From positions 307,582,001 through 307,646,000 of the forward strand of contig OZ024741.1 in NCBI GenBank assembly GCA_964016885.1: DNA of 64,000 nucleotides, given 5' to 3'. The position numbers were made by a program, and so were the translations under genes. The notes under the pieces are model-generated. The model searched no databases. It was not told the origin of the DNA and was given only the letters and a program-made list of their open reading frames with translations. Origin of the DNA: Eledone cirrhosa (Eukaryota). This document shows positions 44,046 to 57,454 of the stretch, one piece after another. Numbering within the stretch: position 1 is the stretch's first letter; the number at the start of each line of letters is the position of its first letter.

Positions 44046-44048
<3 letters not shown>
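43838..44048. mobile_element. Family H pLTR remnant: inverted partial plus forward copy
   Basis: 43838-43897 is inverted relative to 43905-43965. (TA)n flanks. Confidence 0.75.
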
Positions 44049-44125
<77 letters not shown>

Positions 44126-44598
44126 TACATACATATATATACATATATATATAACACAACACACTCCTACACACAATTATACAGATATCCACCCCAATAT
44201 CTGTATGTGAGTGTATTTGTGTGTATGTATACATCTAGATGACGGTTCATAGACATGTACAGATACACGCGGGCGCACATACACACATATGCAGTACACA
44301 AACAAAAACAACCGTATAGACGTAAATAATACCTCCTTAACACGTTGACTTCACATCCGTCTCACCTTGCCTCTCTGCTGCAACAACTAATATATAAATA
44401 TTCAAGTAGAGCCAAAAGAAAACAACAAAGGGAAAAATAAAACATAAAGAAAAAGAAACAATGAATATATATATATATCTGTGTGTGTATGTATGTGTGT
44501 GTGTGTCTGCGTGTGTTTTTATATGTATATATAGGTATATATATGTATATATATATTCATATATATTCATATATATATATATTCATATATATATAGAC

Positions 44599-44776
<178 letters not shown>

Positions 44777-44798
44777 CATATATATAATATATATATAC

Positions 44799-44834
<36 letters not shown>

Positions 44835-45086
44835 TTGTGTGTGTGTATGTATATATAGATATATACATAAATATATACATAAAAAAGAGGTAAGTTTCTG
44901 GCCTATTGTTACGGAAGACTGATTGTATTTTTTCTCTTCTATTTCCTTTCTTACCTGTGTAGACACGCTCCACTTCAAGAATCCGAAAAATCAATATTAC
45001 TAAGAAAGCGCGTCATTTGCCTTGCTGACCCGCTGTCGTTCCATTCATTAGTCTGTTCCAATCTTTCATTATATATTTAAATATAG

Positions 45087-45181
<95 letters not shown>

Positions 45182-45694
45182 GTGTGTGTGTGTATGTGTG
45201 TGTGTGTGTATGCAGGTATGTATGTATGTATGTATGTATGTATGTATGTATGTATGTATGTGTGTATGTTGACTTGTTCTTTTTGGTAAATATCATCTTG
45301 GTTAAGAGAGTGGGACTGGCTTTGTGCAGTGCCTTTGCTCACTATAAAAGCTTCACGGCACAGGCATTGCTTTATATCTGGAGATCTCTCTGCACTTGTC
45401 GTCACATGGTACCATGGGTCCAGCACTATGTGTCAATAATTGTCACAGGTGTAGTGTTTGTACCAGAGTTTTCAAGTCGCTGGCTGGACTAAAAAGTCAC
45501 ACTCGTTCAGCGCATCAGTAGGGGTTCTCCTATAAAGTAGTGGCCATACTCGAAAACGAGTTGGCAGCCACCATGTGTATATGTATGTATGCATGTATGC
45601 GTGTATGTATGAATGTATGTGTACAATTATACATCCATAGATACTTATATACATACACACTTTATATATATGTATATGTTTATATATGTATTAA

Positions 45695-45746
45695 GAATGA
45701 ATGTATGTATGCAATCATGCATGTGCGTATGTTTGTGAGTTTGCAA

Positions 45747-45794
<48 letters not shown>

Positions 45795-45805
45795 TTCACT
45801 CTCTG

Positions 45806-45847
<42 letters not shown>

Positions 45848-46170
45848 CAAATACATACATACAACGTGATCGCGGATGAAATACAGGTGTAGACAGTGAA
45901 AAAATAACAGGAGGCGGCCGACCGAACTAGAAACTGCTAAATGTGTGGCCGCCTTCTTGTCTCTCTGCCTTTTCAGCCCCATGGATTACATTCGTTTGTT
46001 AAATTTTGAGTACCTGATGATGTCACCGGATTCATACTGAACCCGGTCATTGAAATGTTCATAGTATAATACACCTTTAAGGAATTACACCAGTCCAGCC
46101 TCCTGTTATTTTTTCACTGTCTACACCTGTATTTCATCCGCGATCACGTTGTATGTATGTATTTGTATAC

Positions 46171-46235
<65 letters not shown>

Positions 46236-46270
46236 GTATGTTTGAGAGAGTATGTATGTTTGTGAGTTTG

Positions 46271-46350
<80 letters not shown>

Positions 46351-46390
46351 CAAACTCACAAACATACACACATGCATGATTGCATACATA
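45695..46390. repeat. Inverted duplication enclosing an HHR-bearing spacer
   Basis: 45695-45915 is the reverse complement of 46097-46390, including microsatellites. HHR at 46010-46067. Confidence 0.75.
46010..46067 (+). ncRNA. Type I hammerhead ribozyme candidate
   Basis: GTAC-CTGATGA-[tgtcACCGGaTTCAtacTGAAcCCGGTcatt]-GAAATG-TT-CATA^GTAT. Confidence 0.65.
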
Positions 46391-46400
46391 CTCGTATATA

Positions 46401-46440
<40 letters not shown>

Positions 46441-46490
46441 TATATATACGATATATTAACAAATGGAAACTATATTTATAAACCATATTT

Positions 46491-46553
46491 ATTTCATTAT
46501 ACATATTTCAAGGACACCAAAGCAAATTATGTTGCGCTTTCATCAGATAAAAT
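46491..46553 (-). ncRNA. Type I hammerhead ribozyme candidate in pLTR fragment 46455-46640
   Basis: Minus strand ATTTTAT-CTGATGA-aagcgcaac..ggtgtcctt-GAAATATGTATA^ATGAAAT. Stem II is imperfect. Confidence 0.6.
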
Positions 46554-46638
46554 ATAATATAGATCAGTTTTATAAACAAATATTGACATACCCTTAAAGA
46601 ATGCGACCATGTATCCCAACAAATTAAATATAACTTCT

Positions 46639-46706
<68 letters not shown>

Positions 46707-46710
<4 letters not shown>

Positions 46711-46880
46711 CTGGTTTGAAAGCCAGTCTGGTGGCTTAGTTCGGATCTAGCTGTCCAAATGGCCGGAGCCCAGTCGTCAGGGTCCTGACTCTTTTCCTAT
46801 TATCCACTCTACAACCCTAAGTATTGAGTACTCTGGTGCGTCACGGTCCACCTTGTATCTCACCATGTCCTATTTGTTAC
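46707..46880 (+). mobile_element. Diverged family H copy retaining a long stem II hairpin
   Basis: Shares TTCCTATTA.CCACTCTAC.ACCCTAAGTATTGAGTACTCTGGTGCG. Upstream GCGGCTGGTTTGAA..TTCGGATCTAGCTGT can pair. Confidence 0.65.
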
Positions 46881-47143
46881 ATATATATATAAAGAAAGAG
46901 TGAGAGAGAGGTCTGGGGTGGGGGAGAAATAAGTAGACTGATAGATAGAGAGAAAGAGATTGATAGATGGATAGATAGATATATTTCTTTATTAGCCACA
47001 AGGGCGCACAAGAAAAGGGAACAATACAAAGACATGCCGGGGATTTTACATACAGTCGTGTAAAAATTATAAAAACAAACAATTACAACAATCGAAATCC
47101 CCAATAGGGGGGAGGCACCACAAATGGGTTGTTTAATAGTTGT

Positions 47144-49711
47144 TTAAGTCCTACCAAACAGACTGGTGAGCTCATCGTCTTCGACGCCCAGAGTCTCTCC
47201 GAGCACGTCGTCGCCCTTGTAACGTACAATCCCTCTATAGAATGTCGAAGTGGACTCTCCACTGATTGCTGCGCCCGCTTGCCAGAGGACTGTGAACGCC
47301 TGAGCGCATTCAATGTGCCAGGCGCCCATCGTTTTCGGTATTTTCTTCACCCAGGACTGCAGCTCCGTCAGCGAGACGAGTTGTGGGAAAGCCTGTCACA
47401 TAAACGGTGCCCACACCGGTTGGGGGTCGGTGAGGAATACCTGGAGATGCCGCAGCCTTAGCGCATGTTTACGCATCATCCGCCACGGCATTCCCAGCCC
47501 TCCGTTGGAAGGGTGCTGACAGCAGACGGATCTCCTCACCAGCAGAGCCTGCTTCTTCCACAGAAACTGGAAGAGCATGCGTTCCATCTTGGCGAGGTGT
47601 TCACGGGGACAAGGCACGACAGTGAAGCAGTAGTAGATGACGAACGCTATGAAAGTGTTCGCCACCTCCGCTCGACCTTTCAAGGACAGTTTGCACTCTG
47701 CCCACATCTGGGTGAGTGAAAACACCTTGGCCGTGACCTCGTTCCAGATTTTCTCCACCTGGAGGTCTGCACCGAACCAGACCCCGAGCAATTTCACCGG
47801 TCCGTCCGTCCAGCGTCCAACGATGCTGTCAGACGTCATCGGTTTGCCTCTCCACGTACCGAGTTGCAAACCGACAGACTTGTCCGGGTTTAGTTTTGCT
47901 CCCGTTAGCGTTTCGTATTCTTTCAGTAAGTTGTCGATCACCCCGACATCATTACCGTCACGTCGTCGGCATAAGCCGACGCCGCTTTGCGCAGTCCCGG
48001 TTCTAGAGGGATGCCTGCAACAGCTCCAATTTCCGCAGTAGTGGCTCTAGAGTGGAGAATAAAGCGCACCCCTGTCGAATGGAACGCGTGATTGCGAACG
48101 GCTCTGATAGGTAGCCGTTCACCTTGACCCTCGAGCAGATGCTGGTGTGCATCGCCTCGATCCATCCTCTGAACACGGGACCGAAACCGGCCGCCTTGAG
48201 AACCGCTTCCATGTATCGATGGTCAACCCTATCGAATGCCTTAGACTGATCCAAGTTGATCAGAGCCCCACCGAAGCCGGGTTTACTACCCACCCTCTCT
48301 ATGATGTATCGCATGAGGTGGAGGTTGTCGTGTATGAACCTGGTCTGGATTGCACACGTTTGCGCTTTCCCTACCAGGTTCTCGACGACAAGCGCCAACC
48401 TCGTCGCTAGCACCTTGGCCAAATTCTTTAACTCTGTGTTAAGCAGAGTTATGGGCCTGAAGTTGTTAATTTCGTCCTCCTTGTTCTCGTCTTTCCTGAT
48501 CAGCGTTACTACGCCCTTGCCTGCAGAACTGGGAATTCTCCCGTTCTGCTGCCAATTGCAGTAGACGGCTGCGAGGACGCCCGAGAACAAGTCCGGCATG
48601 CGTATGTAAAATTCGTAGGGTAGACCATCTTGACCGGGTGACTTGCGTTTCCCGCAGCGGCCCAGAGCGTTCTTTCCGTGATCGGTCTTTCGCAGAACTC
48701 GGCGTCCGTATTCGAGAAACGCAGCAGGCTGTTGAGGTATGAACTAAAGTCCATTGCCCCGTTCGGCTCACCGTCGTTCTGCTCAAACAGTCGCGCAAAG
48801 TGCCGCTGAAAGGCCGCGCACATTTGCTTGGTGTCAAGTAGCACGCGTCCGTTTTGGTCTTTCAAAGACCGAATCGTGGACTTGTTGCCACATTTGCCTC
48901 CGCCACTCGGGCCCAGCTGACAGCTTTCGATCCTTCGTTTTCTAGAGCACGTGTTTTGCTTCTGACCACGCAGCCTTCGTGTTTCGCATCGAAGAACTGA
49001 TCCAGTGCCGTTCTCGGCGCTAACACTCTAGCCGCGTTGCCACTTCTAAGTGCCTCCTCTACCTTGGCTACTAGTTCTCTTTCTATTCTGTTTTTCTCTA
49101 AGGCTAACTCTCTGCTATACCCTATCGATTCTATTTTAATTGCTTTCTTGAGAGAGTACCACGATCTATTTGACTAGTCTACTTATCCGTTCAGTGTAAG
49201 CTGTTGCACCCCGCAGTGTAAGCTGTTGCACCCCGCAGTGTAAGCTGTTGCACCCCGCTCTACAGGGACATGCTCCCACATAGTCCCATCGTGCATCTAG
49301 GATAACATTCCAGCCCCCCACTAAAAGTAAGGAGCGAGACGTTCCCAGAAAAGACTCTAGACGCTTAAAGAAGTCTGGCCGTGATTGCGATTGCCCGGTC
49401 GGGGCATTAACAGCCTCCAGTCTGAAGGCTCCACCTCCAATACTGTTCACGTCTAGGACTACCAGTCTACCCTCCGGGTCCAAGTGTACTTGCTGTACTC
49501 CGACGTCCAGGTTCTTCCGAAACATGACAGCCACTCCACCTCCACCTCCTGGCTGACAGACAGATGCGTAGATCTCAAAGTTGTGGATCCTGGACTCGGT
49601 GATGGCTATCACATCCATACTGTGTGACATAAGGTCGTTTAAAAGTTGGCCCTGTTTCCAGGGTATCCCTAGGCCACGCACATTCACGGCTCCAACTCGT
49701 AAACTAGCCAT
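47144..49711 (-). pseudogene. LINE ORF2 (AP endonuclease and reverse transcriptase), frameshifted
   Basis: GAVNVRGL, IAITES, DPEGR, FRPITLLNTELK, LDQSKAFDRVDH, IRQGC, AYADDV, KLLGVWF, GGLGMP spread over several frames. Confidence 0.93.
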
Positions 49712-49783
49712 GTTGGTGAAGAAAAGTTGGAGAAAAAGGACGAAAGGTGCACTTACCTTTTCGTTTCCTGGAGATCGGGTTGT

Positions 49784-51627
49784 TCAATTTCCATTTGGGT
49801 GCTGGATGGGGTGTTGTGTGGGGTGGGAACATTTTAATAGGACGCGGTTGATGGGTTTGTGGCAGGGGTTGCCCACGTCCTGTGAAAATTTATTTTTTAG
49901 GTCATTATAGGTTTCCATAGAAACCCTTATAAGTTTAAGGTGTGGAGACGATTCTGCCTTGACGAAAGTTTTGCCCTCCGTCTCCACCTTGTGGTTTTGG
50001 GAGATGACCTCCATCAAACTCTTGTTGTTTGTGTTGATGTATGCGTATTGTTGTTTGTGTTTTTGTTATGTTGTTTTAGTTTGTTGTTCGTCTGGGAGTT
50101 TTCTTTTTATGGTGGGTGCTTGTGTTTGGGGTGGTGTTGGTGCTGGTTTTGCTGATAGGGGGATGTTTGACTGTGGTGTTGTTTGTGTCTGTGGTTGTGT
50201 GTTGGTGTTGGTGATTGGAGTTTTGTGGGTTTTGTGGTGTCTATTTTTTGTTTTTTAGATTTCCACGGTTCTCCCTCTTCTTCACTGAAAGAAGGAGAAG
50301 CAGCATCATCCGTCGATGAATAATCATCGTCATGTGTGTGGGGTAAGGGTATGTTGTGTGGTGGTGGTGTTTCGGTGTGTGTGTTTGTGGTAGTGTTTGA
50401 TGGAGTGGGATTGAGTGGGGCTGTGTTCTTCAGGGGTGTTGTCTCTGTTTTTTCTGTTGTTGTTGGTTGAGTGTCTGTTTGTTTTGGTGTGGTTGCACGT
50501 TTCGTCTGTCGTTGTACTTGTGGTGGTGGTGGTTGTTTTGGTGTTGGTGTTGGTAATAGCGTTTTTTTTATGATGTTGTTGTTGTGTGTTTGTGGACAAG
50601 AGGCTTTTAAGTGTGCTGTGCTACCACAGCGAAAGCAATGACATTTTCGTCCTTCTACCGAAATGTTTATTTTGTTGTTATTATCGATAACAACTCTTTC
50701 GGGTATTTTGGAGATTCTCTCCGGTTTCATTTGCAACAGAATCTCCAAATCTGTGCCCGCCCATCTTTGTCGAATAGATTTTCGTATCGAAAGTATCATA
50801 TCAGTTTCTGGCTCTACGAAGCCAGCCAAGATCCACCAGATGTTAATATTTGGAGGTATGTTTTTTATTTTTAGTTTCTGTGTCCTTTTCCCCATTTATG
50901 GAGGGAAAAAGGTGTATGCTTTTGACACCATTGGTGTCACAGAGTTTTTTGGGGCGAGTGCCTCGCTTTTAAACAGTACGGAAACACTTACGTACTGTTT
51001 TCCTCGTTGGAGAAAATCGACATTTGCTAGAATTTCCTTGAAAGTATCTTCTATATCTGCTTGGTTAACAAATGTCGGCTTTCTTGTGGAATTTGACACA
51101 GTCCTAAAAGTGACTGATCTGCGGATTGTGTCTTCCGTTATTTCAAGGGGTGAGTTAATTCTAAACCCACCTCTTTCTTCGAAAGTTACAAATTTTCTCC
51201 CTTGCTGGAGCATATCTCTTGCGTTGGAGATATCAAGATTTATAAAATCTTGTTTTTTGTTCACTGTTTCAGCGAAAGACATTTTCTTTTTTGTGTGGTG
51301 TTACTGTTGTTGTTGTTGTTATCGTTGTTGGAAATCTCAGTTCCTTGTCGAGGTGAAACATTATGTGTATATGTATCTGTAGAGTTGTTGATGTCTTTTT
51401 CATGTGTATGTATGTTAATGGGTTTAATTCCTGTGTTTTCCTGTGTGTTATTGTTATTTTTCTCCGCTTCGACGGTAGAAATTTTAAAATTTTCAAGTGT
51501 TAATATATTTTTCTCTTTGTTGACACTTGTATCTATGGCGACGTCCATAGTAGCAGAAGCAGATATAACGTTAATATCTGCCTCTTTCTCTCTCTCTTTT
51601 CTCTATTAACGTTCTCCAGCGTTCTTG
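49784..51627 (-). pseudogene. LINE ORF1 (RRM-like region and CX2CX4HX4C knuckle), broken by stops/frameshifts
   Basis: MSFAETV.., KLKIKNIPP, VEGRKCHCFRCGSTAHLKASCP, then a Pro/Thr-rich tail. Confidence 0.85.
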
Positions 51628-51858
51628 TGTTGCTCAAGTTATTTAGCTTGTAAAATTTGATATTTTAAAACAAATTTTAAAAATAAAATTTTCGCCCCTG
51701 CAAGAGCGAAAAATGGGATTACCACCCAGCTGACAATTCAGCTTGGGGGTTAATCTACAAAGTGTTATGTTTTTTCAAACAATTAGTTCGGTTTTTTGCA
51801 TAGAAATTAACAAAAAAGCTTACCGGCGATGTTCCACACGTCAGACAGAAAGAGAGAG

Positions 51859-51927
<69 letters not shown>

Positions 51928-52367
51928 TATTTCGTTATTAGCCACAGGGGCACAAAAGAAGGGGACAAATACAAAGGGGGAAGTTTACATACAATAAAAA
52001 CGTGTAAAATGTTATCACAGATGGAATTTAAAAGTTAGTCGATTTTCCCCAATAGAGGGAGACAGTTTATATGGGTAACACATACCCCCGAAAAAAATGT
52101 GCAACCCTCATCTCCAGGAGTACGAAGAGCTTGTACTCCTTTCCTCTCCTCCTCCTTTTCCTCAATCTACAGGCTGATATAGAGAGAAGGCCCATTCACT
52201 CGGGCCATTCTCGCCACTTTCACCCACCTTTCATAAAACTTGCTGGGGTACAGCACCTCTCTCTCCATCCTGATTCTTCTTCCAAAGTGGTATTTGAAAA
52301 AAAGAATCAGTTGTTGGCCGGAGAGAAAGGTGTCTGACCTCAGCCCTTTCAACCTTGTCCACCATAC

Positions 52368-52368
<1 letters not shown>
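51928..52368 (-). mobile_element. 5'-truncated Tx1-like 3' end between (GATA)n tracts
   Basis: Near-identical to 1471-1910. Confidence 0.85.
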
Positions 52369-52453
<85 letters not shown>

Positions 52454-52784
52454 TGACGCTTCCGGTATGCAATTGTTTCACTTTCAATGCAGTGTCAGAT
52501 CAAGTCATTTGCCAAACAAGTACAGCTTCGAAATTACCCCCCCCCCCCCCCCCGACCCACCCACACCCACACCCACACCCACACCCACACCCACACCCAC
52601 ACCCACACCCACACACACCCACACGCACCACACACACACACACACGCGCGTGTGCCCACACGCACACACACACATATATACATACATGCATCCATACATA
52701 TATGTATACATACATGTGTATATATATATATATATACTTATTTATACATACATACATTTATACATACATAAATACACACATACA

Positions 52785-52822
<38 letters not shown>

Positions 52823-52829
52823 TAGATAT

Positions 52830-52912
<83 letters not shown>

Positions 52913-52913
52913 T

Positions 52914-53800
52914 ATACTATAAAGCTGACGGCCGTATGTATGTAACAAACTTTTCGCCAAACGCCTGAACAAAGCGGCACCAAATTTGCACCATAGATGT
53001 AACTTTTCCAAGTAAGAAAGTGAGGGTATTTTTGTCTACTAAATTTTGTTAAAAGATTAAAGATATTTTATCGTTTATTTAAATATTCACTTCTTTAAAA
53101 TTTTCAAATGTCAACACTTCCGGTTATACGACATTCCTCACGTCTTCATGAACCAAAGTATCATCTTCCTGTTTTCTTTCGGTTGCAACGTTTTTCGAAA
53201 TATTTACTTTTACGTTCACATTGATTTTTTTAATTTCAGAAGATCCCATTAAGTGTGAAAGCAGCGATTCTTTGCTTAAACTTTAATCTGTTATTTTAAT
53301 ATATATATATAATTATATATTCGTGTACAGATAGTTTTGCATACACGAAAACATAATATAAACAAACGTATTTACTTCACGAAAGCACAGACGGCTTATC
53401 GTCATTGTTACTGCCGATATGCCACCCAAAAAGTCACAGCCTGGCCGCAAGATCAGATTTTCCAGAGAAAAAATGTTACTAGAGCAACAGAGCAACTAAG
53501 CTTCACGATTACCATCAACAAAGCTCAGGCTCGAACCCTAAAAGTGGCTGGCCTTCATCTGGGAAAAGCATGCTTCTCCAATGGTCAATTGTATGTAGAA
53601 TGCTCTAGGGTGAGCTCGCCAAACAATCTCTTCATCTTTGCTACCGAGGACCGAACAAAAAATATTGTATACTCTGATGCTCTAACAATGTAATTTATGT
53701 ATTTTTTGTTACTTGGAATTTCCATTATGGTTGTACAAATTATTGTAAAGTTTGTTAAAAAATGTGTTCTCTGTTCAGTCTTTATTGTTGTAACTCTCAA
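52914..53800 (+). mobile_element. Non-autonomous Helitron fragment with Pif1-like helicase C-terminus
   Basis: ORF 53337-53693 LSFTITINKAQARTL..CFSNGQLYVECSRV..TKNIVY matches RepHel motifs V/VI. Ends are approximate. Confidence 0.8.
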
Positions 53801-53884
53801 TTTTCTCTAACATACTGGCTGCTGAACTGAGGAATCCTAAAAACTATTCAAACTCAACACCAGAGCACGTATATATACATATAT

Positions 53885-53954
<70 letters not shown>

Positions 53955-56599
53955 CACTACCTCGACCTTCGCCCTTCCCCCATCCCCCCCCCCCCCTTCG
54001 CCTCGCCGAGCTGGTCCTCACCCTCAACTGTTTCTCCTTCTCGGGTGAGTTTTACCAACAGGTCACGGGGGTACACCGGCCCCACGCCCGAACTGTACGG
54101 TCGTTACATCGACGACTGTATCGGAGGAACCACCCTCACCCGAGAACAGCTTGACTCCTTTCTCTCCTTCTTCTGCTCCTTCCACTCCTCCCTCCACTTC
54201 ACCACCTCTATCTCCACCACCCACGTCCACTTCTTAGACATCTCCGTCGCCTTCGACCCCTCCCACCACTCCCTCGTCACCTCCGCCTTCTTCAAACCCA
54301 CCGACTCCCACTCCTACCTCGACTTCACCTCTTCCCACCCTACACACACTAAACACTCTATTCCCTACTCCCAACTCCTCAGGATCGGCCGCCTCTGTAG
54401 CCGAGATGCTGACTTTGAGTCCCAGGCCCTTTCCCAAGTCAGCCATTTCATCCGCAGAGGTCCCCCCCTCTCTCGTCCACACCGCTCTCACTCACACCCG
54501 TGCTGTTCACCGCTCCACCACCCTCACTCCACGCCACCGCACACGCACCCACCGTCTCCCCTTCCCATCACCAACCACCCCTCCACCCTACCCCTCCACC
54601 GCACCATCCTCCGCCTCTTCCGACGCTTCCAGTCCGACCACTCCACCTCCCACATCTTCCCATCCCCACCACTCCCCTCCTTCAAATGCGCATGCAATCT
54701 CCGCACCCTCCTCGTCCGCAGCTCCCTATCCCCCCAACCCACGCTCCCCTCCCCGGTTCCCTTCCCTGTTCCAGGCCTCGTTGCAACACCTGTCCCTACA
54801 TCACCAACACCACCACCTTCCAGGGTCCCAACGGCCACTCTCTCTCTGTCCGGCATGCCTTCCGCTGCACCTCCTCCAACCTAGTCTATGGACGTCGCCT
54901 GGCGGACCGTTTTACCGAACACCTCCGGGATATTCCTCTCGGAGGTAGTTCCCCCATCGCCCGCCACTTTGGCTCCCCTGGACATTCCGCGCCCCACATC
55001 ACACTCTGTGGTCTACGGAACACCCACCACCCTCCTCAGGGTCGAACAACGCACTATCTTCACCCTACAGATTCACACTCCCCCAGCCTGAACTCCCCAC
55101 CCCTATTCCTTTAGCCTTCGACTGCCCTCTCCCCCCCCACACACACAGATCCCCCACTAACACCACTAACACACTCCTCCTTTTCAACGCCCACCCCACA
55201 ACTAACAATACTAACACCCTTTCTTCTCCCCCCTCCCCTTATCACGCACACACCCACCGGTACATACATACACGCACTCACACTAACCACACACCCTACT
55301 ACCACCACTAACTCTCATCCACACATCCACTCCCACCACCCCACAACTAATACCACTAACACCCCCGACCCCACGCACACGAACACACACACCCACTTAC
55401 ACTACCAAATCTACACACCCTACCACCACTGACCCCCCACTAACACCCGCATTCAACCCTTTCCCCACCACCAGTATACTAACGCCCACTAACACCCCCT
55501 TCACCACACACACACTCATCCAAACACGCACACACACACCAGTACACTACACTCCCTCCACGGCCCCCACACCTTTCTCTCTCTCTCCCTCTCCCCGCTA
55601 CACCCACACCCCTTTTCACACACACACACATCCCACTAACACCTCATCTAATACACCCCCTCCCCACTCCACCTTTCACACCTACCCATCCTCTCCTCTG
55701 TCCACCGCACCTCCGCACACACTGACTTTCCGCACACACTGACTTTCTCCGCCTGCCATTCTCCCCCACTGCTGCTATGCCCTGAATCTCTGACCACCTC
55801 TCCGCACACACATACACACAACCCTCCTCCTGCCTTGACCCTCTGACCACTTCCTGTTGCGCGCGCATCCCACATCTCCCACGGATTACACACATTGGAC
55901 ATCGTTCCCACGAATCAACTCCATCACAAGGAAATTATCCAGCATCCCCCCACATCCTCTACGGAACTACCTTAGGAACTTACCCACGGACATTCACTCA
56001 AAAAAATTGTTATTTCCCACACGCCACCTACATCCACAATACGTATAAACACCACATACACGTGCGTACCACCACATATTTATACACTCAGCCTCCGGTA
56101 TCCCCCACCCCTCTGACCCCTCCCCATCCACACACGCACACACACACACACCGACCTACACCCCACCCCACCCCACACACACCTTTTCCTGAACATGCAA
56201 CCTCGTTCTTCCCCCAACTCTCACATCCACATACACACACACACACGTACACCTACACACACACACCACCTTCAGCCCTCCCCGCTCGGACACCCCGCCT
56301 CCCTCTCCCCACTCCACCCGCCACCACCTCTACACGCCCTACACCCTTCCACCACTTGTTTAACTTCATGTTTATTTTTATATTTATTTTCATTTGTACC
56401 GTTTCCTCTCACCCCCTTTTTTCTAAATGTCTCTCCCCCACTCCCCTACACACCCTTGGAACTCTCTTCCAACACACTTTTTGCCTGAAGAAGGGCTTAT
56501 GCCCGAAACGTCGTTCCCCACCACCACCCCACTCTCAAGAGCGTGAAACTAATAAACCTTTGTTCGTACTGCCTCTCTGTTTTGTTCCCGTTTAATTTT

Positions 56600-56604
<5 letters not shown>
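53955..56604 (+). mobile_element. Decayed Neptune-type PLE (RT, Cys linker, GIY-YIG remnant) with C/A-rich 3'UTR and HHR
   Basis: LAELVLTLNCFSF, RYIDDCIG, FLDISV, KPTDSHSYLDFTSSHP, IPYSQLLR, PCSRPRCNTCPYI, CTSSNLVY, RLADRFTEHLR. AATAAA at 56551. (TA)n on both sides. Confidence 0.9.
56482..56515 (+). ncRNA. Minimal type I hammerhead ribozyme in PLE 3' end
   Basis: CTGAAGA-a-GGGC-ttat-GCCC-GAAACGTC^. Palindromic stem III ACGT, weak stem I. Confidence 0.75.
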
Positions 56605-56634
<30 letters not shown>

Positions 56635-57454
56635 AAATACATACATATATATATATATATAAGTATTAACTATATAGCTATGTACATATAATAACCATAT
56701 AGGTGTTAACTATATATTTGGAGTAGGGTTAGGTTTGCATTATATTATATATATATATATTGCACGCCTAACCCTACTCCAAATATATACATTTATAAGG
56801 ATGCATGGTATGATTATTATATATACACACATATAGAGTTAATACCTAGATATATAGTTAACATAGGTACTCATTTCGAAAAAAACACTTTTTTTTTTTC
56901 AAATTACGTCACTTACATTGGTTCGCTATTCTCTACATTTACCGAACAGTTTTATTGAAACAGCAATAATTATTTAAACGATAGTTTTGTTTAGCTGCCA
57001 CACACCCCATGTGGTGTATTTTTTTTATTAGTATATTTCTAGTATATATATATATATATGAAAACTTAAACATGTCTAAAACTAACACTATGTATCCCTT
57101 CCCATAATATGCTCTGTATGGAAACATTGACTAGTCTTCATCTCACAATCACCAATTTGTCATAAATTCATTTTTCTTCCGCCCCCTCTCACACACTTTG
57201 AATTAAGAACTAATTATACTTTGGAAATGGCATCTGTAGTTAGAATTTGTAACAGTTTTAACGCTTAAACTTTTCATATTGTTTTTAACGTTTAAAGTTT
57301 GCCCTACTGGAAGATTTTAAAAGAAAAATACGAAATTGTGAAGATACTCTGGACGAAGAAAAATAGATACTCAGTGACTGTAACATAGTTTTTAGCAGTC
57401 TCTTCTTCTTTATCATTAACAATTATCCACTTCAACTATAAACTGTAACTTAGA

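Larger units (their letters stand above)
46984..51852 (-). mobile_element. Near full-length, internally deleted Tx1/L1-clade LINE
   Basis: ORF1 with CCHC knuckle, ORF2 with APE and RT, AATAAA then (TATC)n tail, GATA repeats at both ends. Confidence 0.93.

Noticed and set aside
45270-45570. Possible PLE endonuclease C-terminus on the minus strand (CREAFIV..LNQD)
   Set aside because: Too short and decayed to support without a profile search.
53337-53693. Host Pif1 helicase exon
   Set aside because: Key residues are degraded, and the TKNIVY terminus and context fit a Helitron RepHel remnant.
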